The notes beneath the pieces are model-generated. The model saw only the letters and a list, made by a program, of their open reading frames with translations, did not search any database and was not told the DNA's origin. Source: Candidatus Eiseniibacteriota bacterium (GTDB lineage Bacteria; Eisenbacteria; RBG-16-71-46). From it: a stretch of 64,000 bases of DNA. The position numbers and the translations under genes are program-made. Location of the stretch: positions 832,001 through 896,000 of the forward strand of contig CAVSAC010000012.1 in NCBI GenBank assembly GCA_963725865.1. Direction: 5' to 3'. This document shows positions 1-9,075 of this stretch, in pieces; position 1 is the first letter of the stretch; the number at the start of each line of letters is the position of its first letter.

Positions 1-1
1 C

Positions 2-1105
2 GACGTCGCGAGCGGCGATGGACTGCTGGAACGCTCGCGCGGCGCGCGCGTCCGCGTCTCCTCGCGCGGCGACCGGGTGACCGAGGGGGTGCTGCTGGCC
101 GCGGACGGAAGCTGGCTGGTGGTGCGCGGCGACGACGGCGCGGTCGTCACGCTCGCGCGCGGCGCGGTCGAGGGCGTGCGGCTCGCGACCCCGCCCGGCG
201 CGCTCGCGCTGCGCCCGGCGATCGAGGCGGTGTTCGAGGGCGGCGCGCGCGGCCGCACCACCGCCGAACTCTCGTACCTGACCGGCGGACTGTCGTGGAG
301 CGCCGAGCACGTGCTGGTGCGGCGCGGCGAGAACTCCGGCAGCTGGTCCGCGACGGTGCAGGTGGAGAACACCACCGGTCGTGACTTCCAGGATGCCGAG
401 CTCAAGCTGGTCGCCGGCGATCCGCGGCAGGACAGCGCGATGCCCGCGCCGGTGCCGCGCGTGGCGATGATGGCGATGGCCGAGGGCGGCACCGCAGCCG
501 AGAAGCGCACGCTCCAGGAGCAGGGCTTCTCCGAGTACCACCTCTACGCGCTGCCCGCGCCCGCCACGTTGCGCGACCGCGAGAGCCAGAGCCTCGTGAT
601 GCTGGAGCCGCGCGACGTGAAGCTGACGCCCCGCTACCTGTTCCGCGGCGACACGGGGCCGGGCGTGCGCGTGCAGCTCGAGCTGCGCAACACGCGGGAG
701 AACGGGCTCGGCGTGCCGCTGCCGGGCGGACGCGTGCGCACCTACGAGGCCGACGCCGCGGGCGCGCTGCAGTTCGCGGGCGAGACCACGATCGGGCACG
801 TCGCCGAGGGCGAGAAGCTCACGCTCGACGTGGGCCGCGCGTTCGACCTGGTGGCCGAGCGCACGCAGAAGGCCGACAAGCGCATCTCGGACCGCGAGCG
901 CGAGCAGACCGTCGAGATCGCGCTGCGCGACCGCAAGAAGACCGCGGTCACCATCGTGGTCGAGGAGGGCCTCTCGGGCGACTGGGAGATCCTCGCCAGC
1001 AGCCTGCCGTGGACCCGCAAGGACGCGAACACCGTGCGCTTCGAGGTGCCGGTCGCCGCGGGCCAGGCGGTGGCCCTCACGTACACGGCCCGCGTGCGCT
1101 GGTAG
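2..1105 (+). CDS. DUF4139-domain protein (5'-truncated by window edge)
   Basis: Frame is open from position 2; LSYLTGGLSWSAEH, VENTTG, YHLYALP and LGVPLPGGRVRTY motifs typical of DUF4139 proteins. Confidence 0.75.
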   Translation, partial: DVASGDGLLERSRGARVRVSSRGDRVTEGVLLAADGSWLVVRGDDGAVVTLARGAVEGVRLATPPGALALRPAIEAVFEGGARGRTTAELSYLTGGLSWSAEHVLVRRGENSGSWSATVQVENTTGRDFQDAELKLVAGDPRQDSAMPAPVPRVAMMAMAEGGTAAEKRTLQEQGFSEYHLYALPAPATLRDRESQSLVMLEPRDVKLTPRYLFRGDTGPGVRVQLELRNTRENGLGVPLPGGRVRTYEADAAGALQFAGETTIGHVAEGEKLTLDVGRAFDLVAERTQKADKRISDREREQTVEIALRDRKKTAVTIVVEEGLSGDWEILASSLPWTRKDANTVRFEVPVAAGQAVALTYTARVRW

Positions 1106-1183
1106 CGCTCGACGCGCTCGGCGCGGTTCGGTCGCGGCGGGCGCGGTCGTCCCGCGGGTCCGCGCGCGGGCGCGGTCAGCGCC

Positions 1184-3487
1184 TCACTGGGTCGGCGAGG
1201 CGAGCGGCTCCGGCGGTGCCCAGCGGCGCCGCATGGTCGCGAGCAGCGCCTGGAACTCGGGGGTCGGGCGCAGCGGGTCGAACTCGGGAATGGTCTGGAC
1301 CTCGGGGTCGCAGTAGCCGAGGCGCACCGCCTCGCGCAGCAGCCGCATCGCGCCGGCGCGATCTCCGACCAGGGCGTGGTAGCGCGCGAGCGTGAAGTCC
1401 CCCCAGTCGCTCGGGGGCGCGGCCTCGGCCAGCTTCAGCTGCGCCTCGGCGTCCTCGATGCGCCCGGCGCGCCGCAGGATCAGCGCGCCGAGCGCGAGAT
1501 TCATGCCCACCGGCTGGCGGTGGCAGGCCATCTCGATGTACGGGACCGCCTCCGTCCAGCGCCCCGCCCGCGCCAGGCATTGGGCCATGCAGGCGACGGT
1601 GTAGCTGGCGTCGGGGTCGAGGGCGATCGCCTGACGCGCGCGCACGAGCCCCTCCTCGGAATGCCCCGCGACCCCGAGGGCGTCCGCGTGGATCACCAGC
1701 GTGATCACGTTGGTCGGGTCGAGGCGCGACGCCTCGTCGAGGTCGGCGAGCGCGGCGCCGGGGCGGTCGAGGTCGCGGAGCGCCTGCCCGCGCAGACTCA
1801 GCAGGAAACCGCGCGCCGCGGGCGTGAGGTCGTCGCGCGCGAGCGCCACCCCGAAGCAGCGCTCGGCCTCCACGACGTGGCCATCGCGATGCGCCAGCAG
1901 ACCCTCGAACGCTTCCGCCCACGGGTCGGCGGGATCGAGCTCGCGCACCCGCCCCAATTCCTCGCGGAGCAGCCGGCGGTCCACGAGGTCCTGCCGCAGC
2001 GTCCAGTCCTTGCCGAGCAACGCGTACGCGCGCAGCACGTGGGCCTCCGATTCGCGCGGGAACGCCTTCACCAGCTCCGCGCTCCACCGCAGCCCGGCCG
2101 CGGTGTCGCTGCGGCGCAGCGCGCCGAGCGTGGCGCTCGCGATCGGCGAACGGCCGAGCGCCTCGCTGCGCAGCGAATACAGGTAGTAGTCGTAGAGCTT
2201 CGTCGGGGGGGCGTGGAGCGCCCGCGCGATCTCGTTCGCGACCGCGCTCGCCAGGTACGGAAGCTGGCGGTCGTCGGCGTCCCGGTCGCCGGACCAGAGC
2301 ACGCGTCCACTGCGCGACTCGAGCACGCTCACGCGGGCGTGGTTCATGCCGTGTTCGCGCACCAGTCGACCGCCCACCACCAGGTCGGCACCCCGTCCGA
2401 CGCTTTCCGCGCCCGCCAGCACGCGCAGGTTGGTGACCCGGGTGAGTCCGACCGCGACCGCCTGCGAGAACGCGCGGCCCACGTAGGCGTCGCTGCGCTG
2501 GCCGCCGCTCACCTCGATCGGCGACACCGCGATCGAGCGGGGGGCGGCAGCCGGGCCGGGTGCGCGGTCCGGCCGGGCCAGCACGAACCAGGTCGCGAGC
2601 GCGGCCAGCAGCGCGGCGGCCGCGGCGGTGATCCACAGCGCGCGCAGGCGGGGCGCCGGGCGGGTGGGGCCGTCGAGCGCCTGGGCGATGCGCGCCAGGT
2701 CCGCGTGCAGGGTGGCCGCGTCGCGCGGGCGCAGGTCGGGATCGCGCTCGACGCACTGCGCGAGCACCCGCTCGAGCGGGGTGGGCGGCGCCACCTGCGA
2801 CGGGTCGGACGCCGGCCTGGCGCCCGCGCGCATGCGGACCAGCGCCGCCTGCGGTTCCTCGTCGGCGCGTGGCGGCTCGCCGGTAAGCGCCTCGATGAGC
2901 ACCACGCCCAGCGAATAGAGATCGCAGCGGCCGTCGCTCGTCCGGCCGCTCGCCTGCTCGGGGCACATGTACTCCGGGGTGCCCCAGACCAGGCCCTCGG
3001 GCTCCCCGCCGCCGCCGCCCCGCAGCGAGGCGATGCCGAAGTCGGCGAGCCGCACGTGACCGTCCTCGGTGATGAGGATGTTCTCGGGCTTGATGTCGCG
3101 GTGCACGACCCCGCGGCCGTGGGCCTGCGCGAGCGCGCCGGCGAGCGAGGCACCGATGTGGGCCACCTCGGGCGCGGCGAGCGGCCCCAGCGACAGCACC
3201 TCCGCGAGCGTCTCGCCGTCGACGTATTCCATGACGAGGAACGTGGTGTCGTCCGCGTTCTCGAGCGCGAACACGCGCGCGATGTGCGGATGCGAGAGCG
3301 CCGCCAGCGAGCGGGCTTCGCGCTCCAGTCGCGCGCGCGCCGCGTCGTCCTCGGTTTCGGGCAGCGCGAGGAACTTGAGCACCACGCGGCGTCCGAGGCG
3401 GGTGTCCTCCGCCAGGAACACCTCGCCCATCGCGCCGGCGCCAAGCCGCTCGAGGATCTGGTAATGGAGGATGCGTCGAGTGGGCAT
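1184..3487 (-). CDS. Hanks-type Ser/Thr protein kinase with TM helix, TolB-N-like and TPR domains
   Basis: True start MPTRRILHYQILERLGAGAMG at 3487; LK, HRDIKPEN, DFG, GTPEYMCPE motifs; hydrophobic helix then TPR-like helical repeats. Confidence 0.9.
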   Translation of the reverse strand: MPTRRILHYQILERLGAGAMGEVFLAEDTRLGRRVVLKFLALPETEDDAARARLEREARSLAALSHPHIARVFALENADDTTFLVMEYVDGETLAEVLSLGPLAAPEVAHIGASLAGALAQAHGRGVVHRDIKPENILITEDGHVRLADFGIASLRGGGGGEPEGLVWGTPEYMCPEQASGRTSDGRCDLYSLGVVLIEALTGEPPRADEEPQAALVRMRAGARPASDPSQVAPPTPLERVLAQCVERDPDLRPRDAATLHADLARIAQALDGPTRPAPRLRALWITAAAAALLAALATWFVLARPDRAPGPAAAPRSIAVSPIEVSGGQRSDAYVGRAFSQAVAVGLTRVTNLRVLAGAESVGRGADLVVGGRLVREHGMNHARVSVLESRSGRVLWSGDRDADDRQLPYLASAVANEIARALHAPPTKLYDYYLYSLRSEALGRSPIASATLGALRRSDTAAGLRWSAELVKAFPRESEAHVLRAYALLGKDWTLRQDLVDRRLLREELGRVRELDPADPWAEAFEGLLAHRDGHVVEAERCFGVALARDDLTPAARGFLLSLRGQALRDLDRPGAALADLDEASRLDPTNVITLVIHADALGVAGHSEEGLVRARQAIALDPDASYTVACMAQCLARAGRWTEAVPYIEMACHRQPVGMNLALGALILRRAGRIEDAEAQLKLAEAAPPSDWGDFTLARYHALVGDRAGAMRLLREAVRLGYCDPEVQTIPEFDPLRPTPEFQALLATMRRRWAPPEPLASPTQ

Positions 3488-3637
3488 GCGGTCATGGTAG
3501 GGGAGCGGCGCGCGGGAGCGGAACCTGGAAACCGGACCCCGCCGGCCCGGCCGCGTGCTCCCCCGCCGGGCCCCGCGCTGCGCGCGGCCGCGGGCGCCCT
3601 CGACCGGCTGCCGCGCCTCGGGTAGCATCGCCCGTCC

Positions 3638-5740
3638 ATGGCGTACACCCTCCGAGCCCCTTATCCGCCGCGTGGCGACCAGCCCGAAGCCATCGCAGCC
3701 CTCGTCGAGGGGCTGCGCCGCGGCGACCGCCGCCAGGTCCTGCTGGGCGTGACCGGCTCGGGCAAGACATTCACCATCGCGAACGTGATCGCCCAGTGGG
3801 GGCGCCCGGCGCTGGTGATCTCCCACAACAAGACCCTCGCGGCGCAGCTCTACGGGGAGTTCCGGCAGTTCTTCCCCGAGGACCCGGTCGGCTACTTCAT
3901 CTCGTACTACGACTACTACCAGCCCGAGGCGTACGTGCCGTCGACCAACACGTACATCGCCAAGGACGCCAGCATCAACGACGACATCGACCGCCTGCGG
4001 CTGCAGGCCACCTCGATGCTGCTGGAGAACGACCAGGCGGTGGTGGTCGCGAGCGTGTCGTGCATCTACGGCCTCGGCACGCCCGCCGACTGGAAGCACC
4101 TGCGGGTCGACCTCGCGACCCATGAGCCGATGCGGCGCAAGGAGCTGCTCGAGCGGCTGATCGCGATCCAGTACCAGCGCAACGACATCGAGGTCGGGCG
4201 CGGCCGCTTCCGCGTGCGCGGCGACGTGATCGAGGTGCATCCGGCCTACGACGACGTGCTGGTGCGCATCGAGCTCGAGGACGACGTGGTGCGGCGGCTC
4301 TCGGCGGTGGACCCGGTGACCGGGCAGGTGAGGCGCCGCATGGAGCGCCTCGCGCTGTACCCGGCCAAGCACTTCGTCACGCCCGAACCGCGCATGCAGG
4401 CGGCCCTCGAGAGCATCCGCGCGGAGCTGCAGGAGCAGCTCGTGCGCTTCCGCGCCGCGGGCAAGCTGCTCGAGGCCCAGCGGCTCCAGCAGCGCACCGA
4501 GTACGACCTCGAGCTGCTGGCGGCGACCGGCACCTGCCCGGGGGTCGAGAACTATTCGCGCCACCTCTCGGGGCGCGCGCCGGGGGAGCGGCCGGGCTGC
4601 CTGCTCGACTACTTCCCCGCGGACTTCCTGATCGTGATCGACGAGTCGCACGTCACGTTGCCGCAGGTGGGCGGCATGTTCGAGGGCGACCGCTCGCGCA
4701 AGCAGACGCTGGTGGAGTTCGGCTTCCGCCTGCCGTCGGCGCTCGACAACCGCCCGCTGCGGTTCGACGAGTTCCAGACGATGGCGCAGCGGATGATCTT
4801 CGTGTCCGCCACGCCGGCCGACCTGGAGCTGCGCGAGACGCAGGGCGTCGTCGTGGAGCAGATCATCCGGCCGACCGGGCTGGTGGATCCCATCCTCCAG
4901 GTCCGGCCGGTGGCCGGCCAGGTGGACGACCTGCTCGGCGAGATCCGCCAGCGCGTCGCCGCGCGCGAGCGCGTGCTGGTCACCACGCTCACCAAGCGCA
5001 TGTCGGAGGATCTCACCGACTACCTGAACGAGGCCGGCGTGCGCGTGCGCTACCTGCACAGCGACATCGACGCGCTGGAGCGGGTCGAGATCCTGCGCGG
5101 CCTGCGGCTCGCCGAGTTCGACGTGCTGGTCGGGATCAACCTGCTGCGCGAGGGGCTCGACCTGCCCGAGGTGTCGCTGGTCGCGATCCTGGACGCCGAC
5201 AAGGAGGGCTTCCTGCGCAGCGAGCGCTCGCTGATCCAGACCGCGGGACGGGCGGCGCGCAACCTGAACGGCACCGTGATCCTCTACGCCGACACGGTCA
5301 CCGACTCGATGCGGCGGGCGCTCGAGGAGACCGCGCGACGCCGTACCCGCCAGCTCGCGTACAATGTCGCCCACGACATCACCCCGCGCTCGGTCGAGAA
5401 GAGCGTGGAGGACGTGATGCGCTCGACGTCGGTGGCGGACGCCATCGGCGCGAGCGCCGAGGAGGACGTGCGGGGCCTGATCGGCGCGGCCGAGGCCGAG
5501 GACGTGCAGGTGCTGCTCGCCCGGCTGGAGGAGGAGATGCTGGCCGCCGCCAGGAAGCTCGAGTTCGAGCGCGCGGCCTCGCTGCGCGACCGCGCCGACG
5601 AGGTGCGCGCCACGCTCGCGGGGGCGGCCGCGATGGGGATCACCGGCACCCCGCGGCGCCCGACCGGGCGCGGAGGCCGCGATGGACGGCCGCGCACCGA
5701 GCCCCGCCGCGTCGCTCGCCGCTTCGGACCGGATCGCTGA
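3638..5740 (+). CDS. uvrB: Excinuclease ABC subunit B
   Basis: GVTGSGKT Walker A, YYDYYQPEAY, DESH, GINLLREGLDLPEVSLV, C-terminal UVR motif LEFERAASLRD. Confidence 0.98.
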   Translation: MAYTLRAPYPPRGDQPEAIAALVEGLRRGDRRQVLLGVTGSGKTFTIANVIAQWGRPALVISHNKTLAAQLYGEFRQFFPEDPVGYFISYYDYYQPEAYVPSTNTYIAKDASINDDIDRLRLQATSMLLENDQAVVVASVSCIYGLGTPADWKHLRVDLATHEPMRRKELLERLIAIQYQRNDIEVGRGRFRVRGDVIEVHPAYDDVLVRIELEDDVVRRLSAVDPVTGQVRRRMERLALYPAKHFVTPEPRMQAALESIRAELQEQLVRFRAAGKLLEAQRLQQRTEYDLELLAATGTCPGVENYSRHLSGRAPGERPGCLLDYFPADFLIVIDESHVTLPQVGGMFEGDRSRKQTLVEFGFRLPSALDNRPLRFDEFQTMAQRMIFVSATPADLELRETQGVVVEQIIRPTGLVDPILQVRPVAGQVDDLLGEIRQRVAARERVLVTTLTKRMSEDLTDYLNEAGVRVRYLHSDIDALERVEILRGLRLAEFDVLVGINLLREGLDLPEVSLVAILDADKEGFLRSERSLIQTAGRAARNLNGTVILYADTVTDSMRRALEETARRRTRQLAYNVAHDITPRSVEKSVEDVMRSTSVADAIGASAEEDVRGLIGAAEAEDVQVLLARLEEEMLAAARKLEFERAASLRDRADEVRATLAGAAAMGITGTPRRPTGRGGRDGRPRTEPRRVARRFGPDR

Positions 5741-5742
5741 CC

Positions 5743-6636
5743 ATGCTCGAAGCCGTCGCGCTTCCCATCGTCCGCTACGCGCTGTCCGAGGACATCGGCA
5801 CCGGCGACATCACCACGCTGAACGCCGTGAAGTCGGGCGTGAACGCCCGCGCCGTGATGGTCGCCAAGGAGGCCGGCGTGCTCGCCGGGCTCGACGTCGC
5901 GCGCCTGACGTTCCGCGAGGCGGATCCGACGCTCAAGTTCCGCTCGCTCGCGCACGACGGCGATGCGCTCACGCCCGGCGTGGCGGTCGCGCAGATCACC
6001 GGCGACGTCGGCGGCGTGCTCAAGGGCGAGCGCACGGCGCTCAACTTCCTCCAGCACCTGTGCGGGGTCGCCACCCTGACGCGCCGCTACGTCGACGAGG
6101 TGCGCGGCACCGGCGCGACCATCCTCGACACCCGCAAGACCACCCCGGGGCTCCGCTTCCTCGAGAAGTACGCGGTCAAGTGCGGCGGCGGCGAGAACCA
6201 CCGGCTCGCGCTCTGGGACATGTACCTGGTCAAGGACAACCACATCCGCGCGGCCGGCGGGATCACGCAGGCGCTCGAGCGCATCCTGCGCACGCGCCAG
6301 GGCGACCTGCTGCTCGAGGTCGAGGTGGAGTCGCTCGACCAGCTGCGCGAGGCGCTGCGTCCCGAGGTGGATCGCATCCTGGTGGACAACCGCCCGCCCG
6401 CCGAGCTGCGCCGCGCGGTCGAGGAGGTCGACCGCTGGTGCGCCGCGCACCCGCCCGACAGCCCGCGCATGCTGACCGGCGCCCGGCGCTGGCCCCAGAT
6501 CGAGGCCTCCGGCGGGATCCACCTGGACACCGCGCGCGTCTACGCCGAGACCGGCGTGGACTTCCTCTCGGTCGGCGCGCTGACGCACTCGGCGCCGGCG
6601 CTCGACCTCAGCCTGGAGATCGAGGAGATTGGCTGA
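5743..6636 (+). CDS. nadC: Nicotinate-nucleotide pyrophosphorylase (carboxylating)
   Basis: EDIGTGDIT, ERTALNFLQ, DTRKTTPG, KDNH, EASGGI, SVGALTHS. Confidence 0.96.
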   Translation: MLEAVALPIVRYALSEDIGTGDITTLNAVKSGVNARAVMVAKEAGVLAGLDVARLTFREADPTLKFRSLAHDGDALTPGVAVAQITGDVGGVLKGERTALNFLQHLCGVATLTRRYVDEVRGTGATILDTRKTTPGLRFLEKYAVKCGGGENHRLALWDMYLVKDNHIRAAGGITQALERILRTRQGDLLLEVEVESLDQLREALRPEVDRILVDNRPPAELRRAVEEVDRWCAAHPPDSPRMLTGARRWPQIEASGGIHLDTARVYAETGVDFLSVGALTHSAPALDLSLEIEEIG

Positions 6637-7456
6637 CCCGACCTTCGACCGCGCGGCGTTCCTCGCGCGGCTCACGACCCGGCGCCTCGGGCGCACGCTG
6701 GTCGCGCGAGCGGCGGTGGAGTCCACGAACGACGTGGCGTGGGAGGCGCTCGCCGCGGGAATGCCCGACGGCACCGTGGTGGTGGCCGACGCGCAGACGC
6801 GCGGCCGCGGCCGCGACGGGCGCGGGTGGCACACCGCGCCCGGCCGCGGGCTGGCGCTGTCGGCGCTGCTCCATCTCGGTTGCGACGTCGGCGGCGCGAC
6901 CACGCTGCCCCTGGTGGCGGGACTGGCGCTCGCCGAGGCGCTCGAGGGGCTCGGCGTCCCGGCGCGGCTCAAGTGGCCGAACGACCTGCTGCTGGGCCAG
7001 CGCAAGCTGGCGGGCATCCTGGTCGAGAGTCGCCGCGCGCCCCACGCGCTGCGCGAACGACTGCCGGGCGATGTCGCGGTGGTGGGGGTGGGCGTGAACG
7101 TCGCGCAACGCGCGGAGGACTTTCCGCCCGAGCTGGCCCGGCTCGCCACCTCGCTCGCGCTCGCGGGGCACGCGCTCGCGCGCGAGGTGGTGGCGGCCGC
7201 GTTCCTGTCGCGGCTCGAGCCGCTGTGGGACGCGCACGCCGAGGGCGGGCGCGCGGAGCTGCTCGAGCGCTGGCGGGCGCGCGCCACGTTCTGGGGCCAG
7301 CCGGTGACCGTGCGCACGCCCGCGGGTCCGCTGCACGGCACCGCGCGCACGCTCGACGAGGACGGCGCGCTCGTGATCGCGCTCGCCGACGGCGGGCAGG
7401 CCCGCGTGGTGGCCGGCGACCTCGAGGTCGCCTGGCCCGCGGAGCGCGAGCGATGA
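6629..7456 (+). CDS. birA: Biotin-protein ligase (no N-terminal HTH)
   Basis: STND, QTRGRGRDGRGW, KWPNDL, KLAGIL, GVGVNV. Confidence 0.93.
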   Translation: MADPTFDRAAFLARLTTRRLGRTLVARAAVESTNDVAWEALAAGMPDGTVVVADAQTRGRGRDGRGWHTAPGRGLALSALLHLGCDVGGATTLPLVAGLALAEALEGLGVPARLKWPNDLLLGQRKLAGILVESRRAPHALRERLPGDVAVVGVGVNVAQRAEDFPPELARLATSLALAGHALAREVVAAAFLSRLEPLWDAHAEGGRAELLERWRARATFWGQPVTVRTPAGPLHGTARTLDEDGALVIALADGGQARVVAGDLEVAWPAERER

Positions 7457-8241
7457 GCGAGTTCCCGCACCTCCCGCCGCCCGAGCCGGGCCAGTACCCG
7501 CCGGTGGTCGATCCGCGGCAGAGCGGCGAGATGCCGTTCTTCTCGCACCTCGAGGAGCTGCGCAAGGTGCTGCTCCACTCGCTGGCCGGCGCGATCGTCG
7601 GCGCGCTGGCCGGCTGGTGGATCGCGCCGCGCGTGCTCGAGGACGTGATCCATCGCACCGTGAAGGAGGCGGTGGTGCTGTCGCCGCTCGAGGCGTTCAA
7701 CGAGCGGATCAAGCTCACGCTCATCCTCGGCGTGGTGGTGGCGGCGCCGTACGTGTTCTACCAGATCTGGTCGTTCGTCGCGCCGGGGCTGTTCCGCCGC
7801 GAGCGGCGCTGGATCCTGCCGATGGCGATGGCGTCGCTGGCGCTGTTCGGGCTCGGCGTGTGGGCGGCGTACGGCTACGTCGTGCCGCTGGTGGTCGAGG
7901 TGCTGTCCGGCTTCATGACCCCGAACATGAAGGGCATGATCCGGCTCGGCGAGCTGACCTCGTTCGTGTACAACATGGCGCTCGCGTGCGGGCTCGTGTT
8001 CCAGCTGCCGCTGGTGCTGATGACGCTGACCGCGATCGGCATGGTGACGCCGCGATTCCTGCTCCAGCAGTGGCGGGTGGCGATCGTGCTCACGTTCCTG
8101 GTCACCGCGATCATCACGCCCGGCGACGTGGTGACCGCGCAGCTCGTCATGGGCGTGCCGATGGTCGGGCTGTACTTCCTGAGCGTCGGCCTGTCGTGGT
8201 TCGTGTGGCGCCGCCGGCAGCGGCCGCGCCCGGCGGACTAG
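7453..8241 (+). CDS. tatC: Twin-arginine translocase subunit TatC
   Basis: MPFFSHLEELR, YQIWSFVAPGL, FQLP, AIITPGD; ATG overlaps the birA stop. Confidence 0.95.
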   Translation: MSEFPHLPPPEPGQYPPVVDPRQSGEMPFFSHLEELRKVLLHSLAGAIVGALAGWWIAPRVLEDVIHRTVKEAVVLSPLEAFNERIKLTLILGVVVAAPYVFYQIWSFVAPGLFRRERRWILPMAMASLALFGLGVWAAYGYVVPLVVEVLSGFMTPNMKGMIRLGELTSFVYNMALACGLVFQLPLVLMTLTAIGMVTPRFLLQQWRVAIVLTFLVTAIITPGDVVTAQLVMGVPMVGLYFLSVGLSWFVWRRRQRPRPAD

Positions 8242-8253
8242 GAGGAGGCGAGG

Positions 8254-9075
8254 GTGCCGGATCTCAAGCGCAAGCGGCCCGCGAAGCCTGGGCGCGCCCG
8301 CGGGCGGGCCGAGGCGTGCGTCATCGCGGTGGACATCGGCAACAGCGATACCGTCGTCGGTCATTTCCGCGGAGACGCGCTCGAGCACCTGTGGCGCCTC
8401 ACCAGCGGCCGCATGACCGCGGACGAGGCGCTCATCGCGCTCGACCTGTTGCTCCAGCGCCGCGACGCGGCCACCCCGCCGACCGGCGCGGTGCTGTGCT
8501 CGGTGGTGCCGCCGCTCACGCTCGCGTGGGCGGAGGCGCTCGAGCGGCGCTCCGGCCGGCCGCCGTTCGAGGTGAGCGCGGCCACCGTCACCTCGCTCGT
8601 GATCCGTTACCACGACCCGTCGGCGGTCGGCGCCGACCGCATCGCGAACGCGGTCGCGGCGCGCGCCATCTACGGCACGCCCGCGATCGTGGTGGACCTC
8701 GGCACCGCCACTACGTTCGACTGCATCTCGCGGGCGGGCGCCTATCTGGGCGGCGCGATCGCGCCCGGTGTCGGCACCTCGGCCGAGGAGCTGTTCCGCA
8801 AGGCCGCGCGGCTGCCGCGCGTGGAGCTGCGGCGGCCCGCGCGGGCGCTGGGCCGCACCACCGAGGAGTCACTGCGGGCCGGCGTGCTGTGGGGCGCCGC
8901 GGGCCAGATCGACGCGCTGGTGCGCCGGCTGGCGCTCGAGATGCGGGGCACACCGCACGTGATCGCCACCGGCGGCTGGGCGAAGGCGCTGGCGCCGGAG
9001 TGCGAGACGGTCAACGTGGTGGACGAGGGGCTGACGCTGAAGGGCATGCGCATCCTGTGGGAGGAGGCACGATGA
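8254..9075 (+). CDS. coaX: Type III pantothenate kinase
   Basis: DIGNS, SVVP, GADR, VDLGTATT, GGAIAPG, IATGG; GGAGGAGG RBS. Confidence 0.95.
   Translation: MPDLKRKRPAKPGRARGRAEACVIAVDIGNSDTVVGHFRGDALEHLWRLTSGRMTADEALIALDLLLQRRDAATPPTGAVLCSVVPPLTLAWAEALERRSGRPPFEVSAATVTSLVIRYHDPSAVGADRIANAVAARAIYGTPAIVVDLGTATTFDCISRAGAYLGGAIAPGVGTSAEELFRKAARLPRVELRRPARALGRTTEESLRAGVLWGAAGQIDALVRRLALEMRGTPHVIATGGWAKALAPECETVNVVDEGLTLKGMRILWEEAR

Noticed and set aside
3488..5374. N-terminal 630 aa of the 1396-aa minus-strand ORF
   Set aside because: Antisense shadow of uvrB; the kinase begins at 3487 behind its own -10 box.
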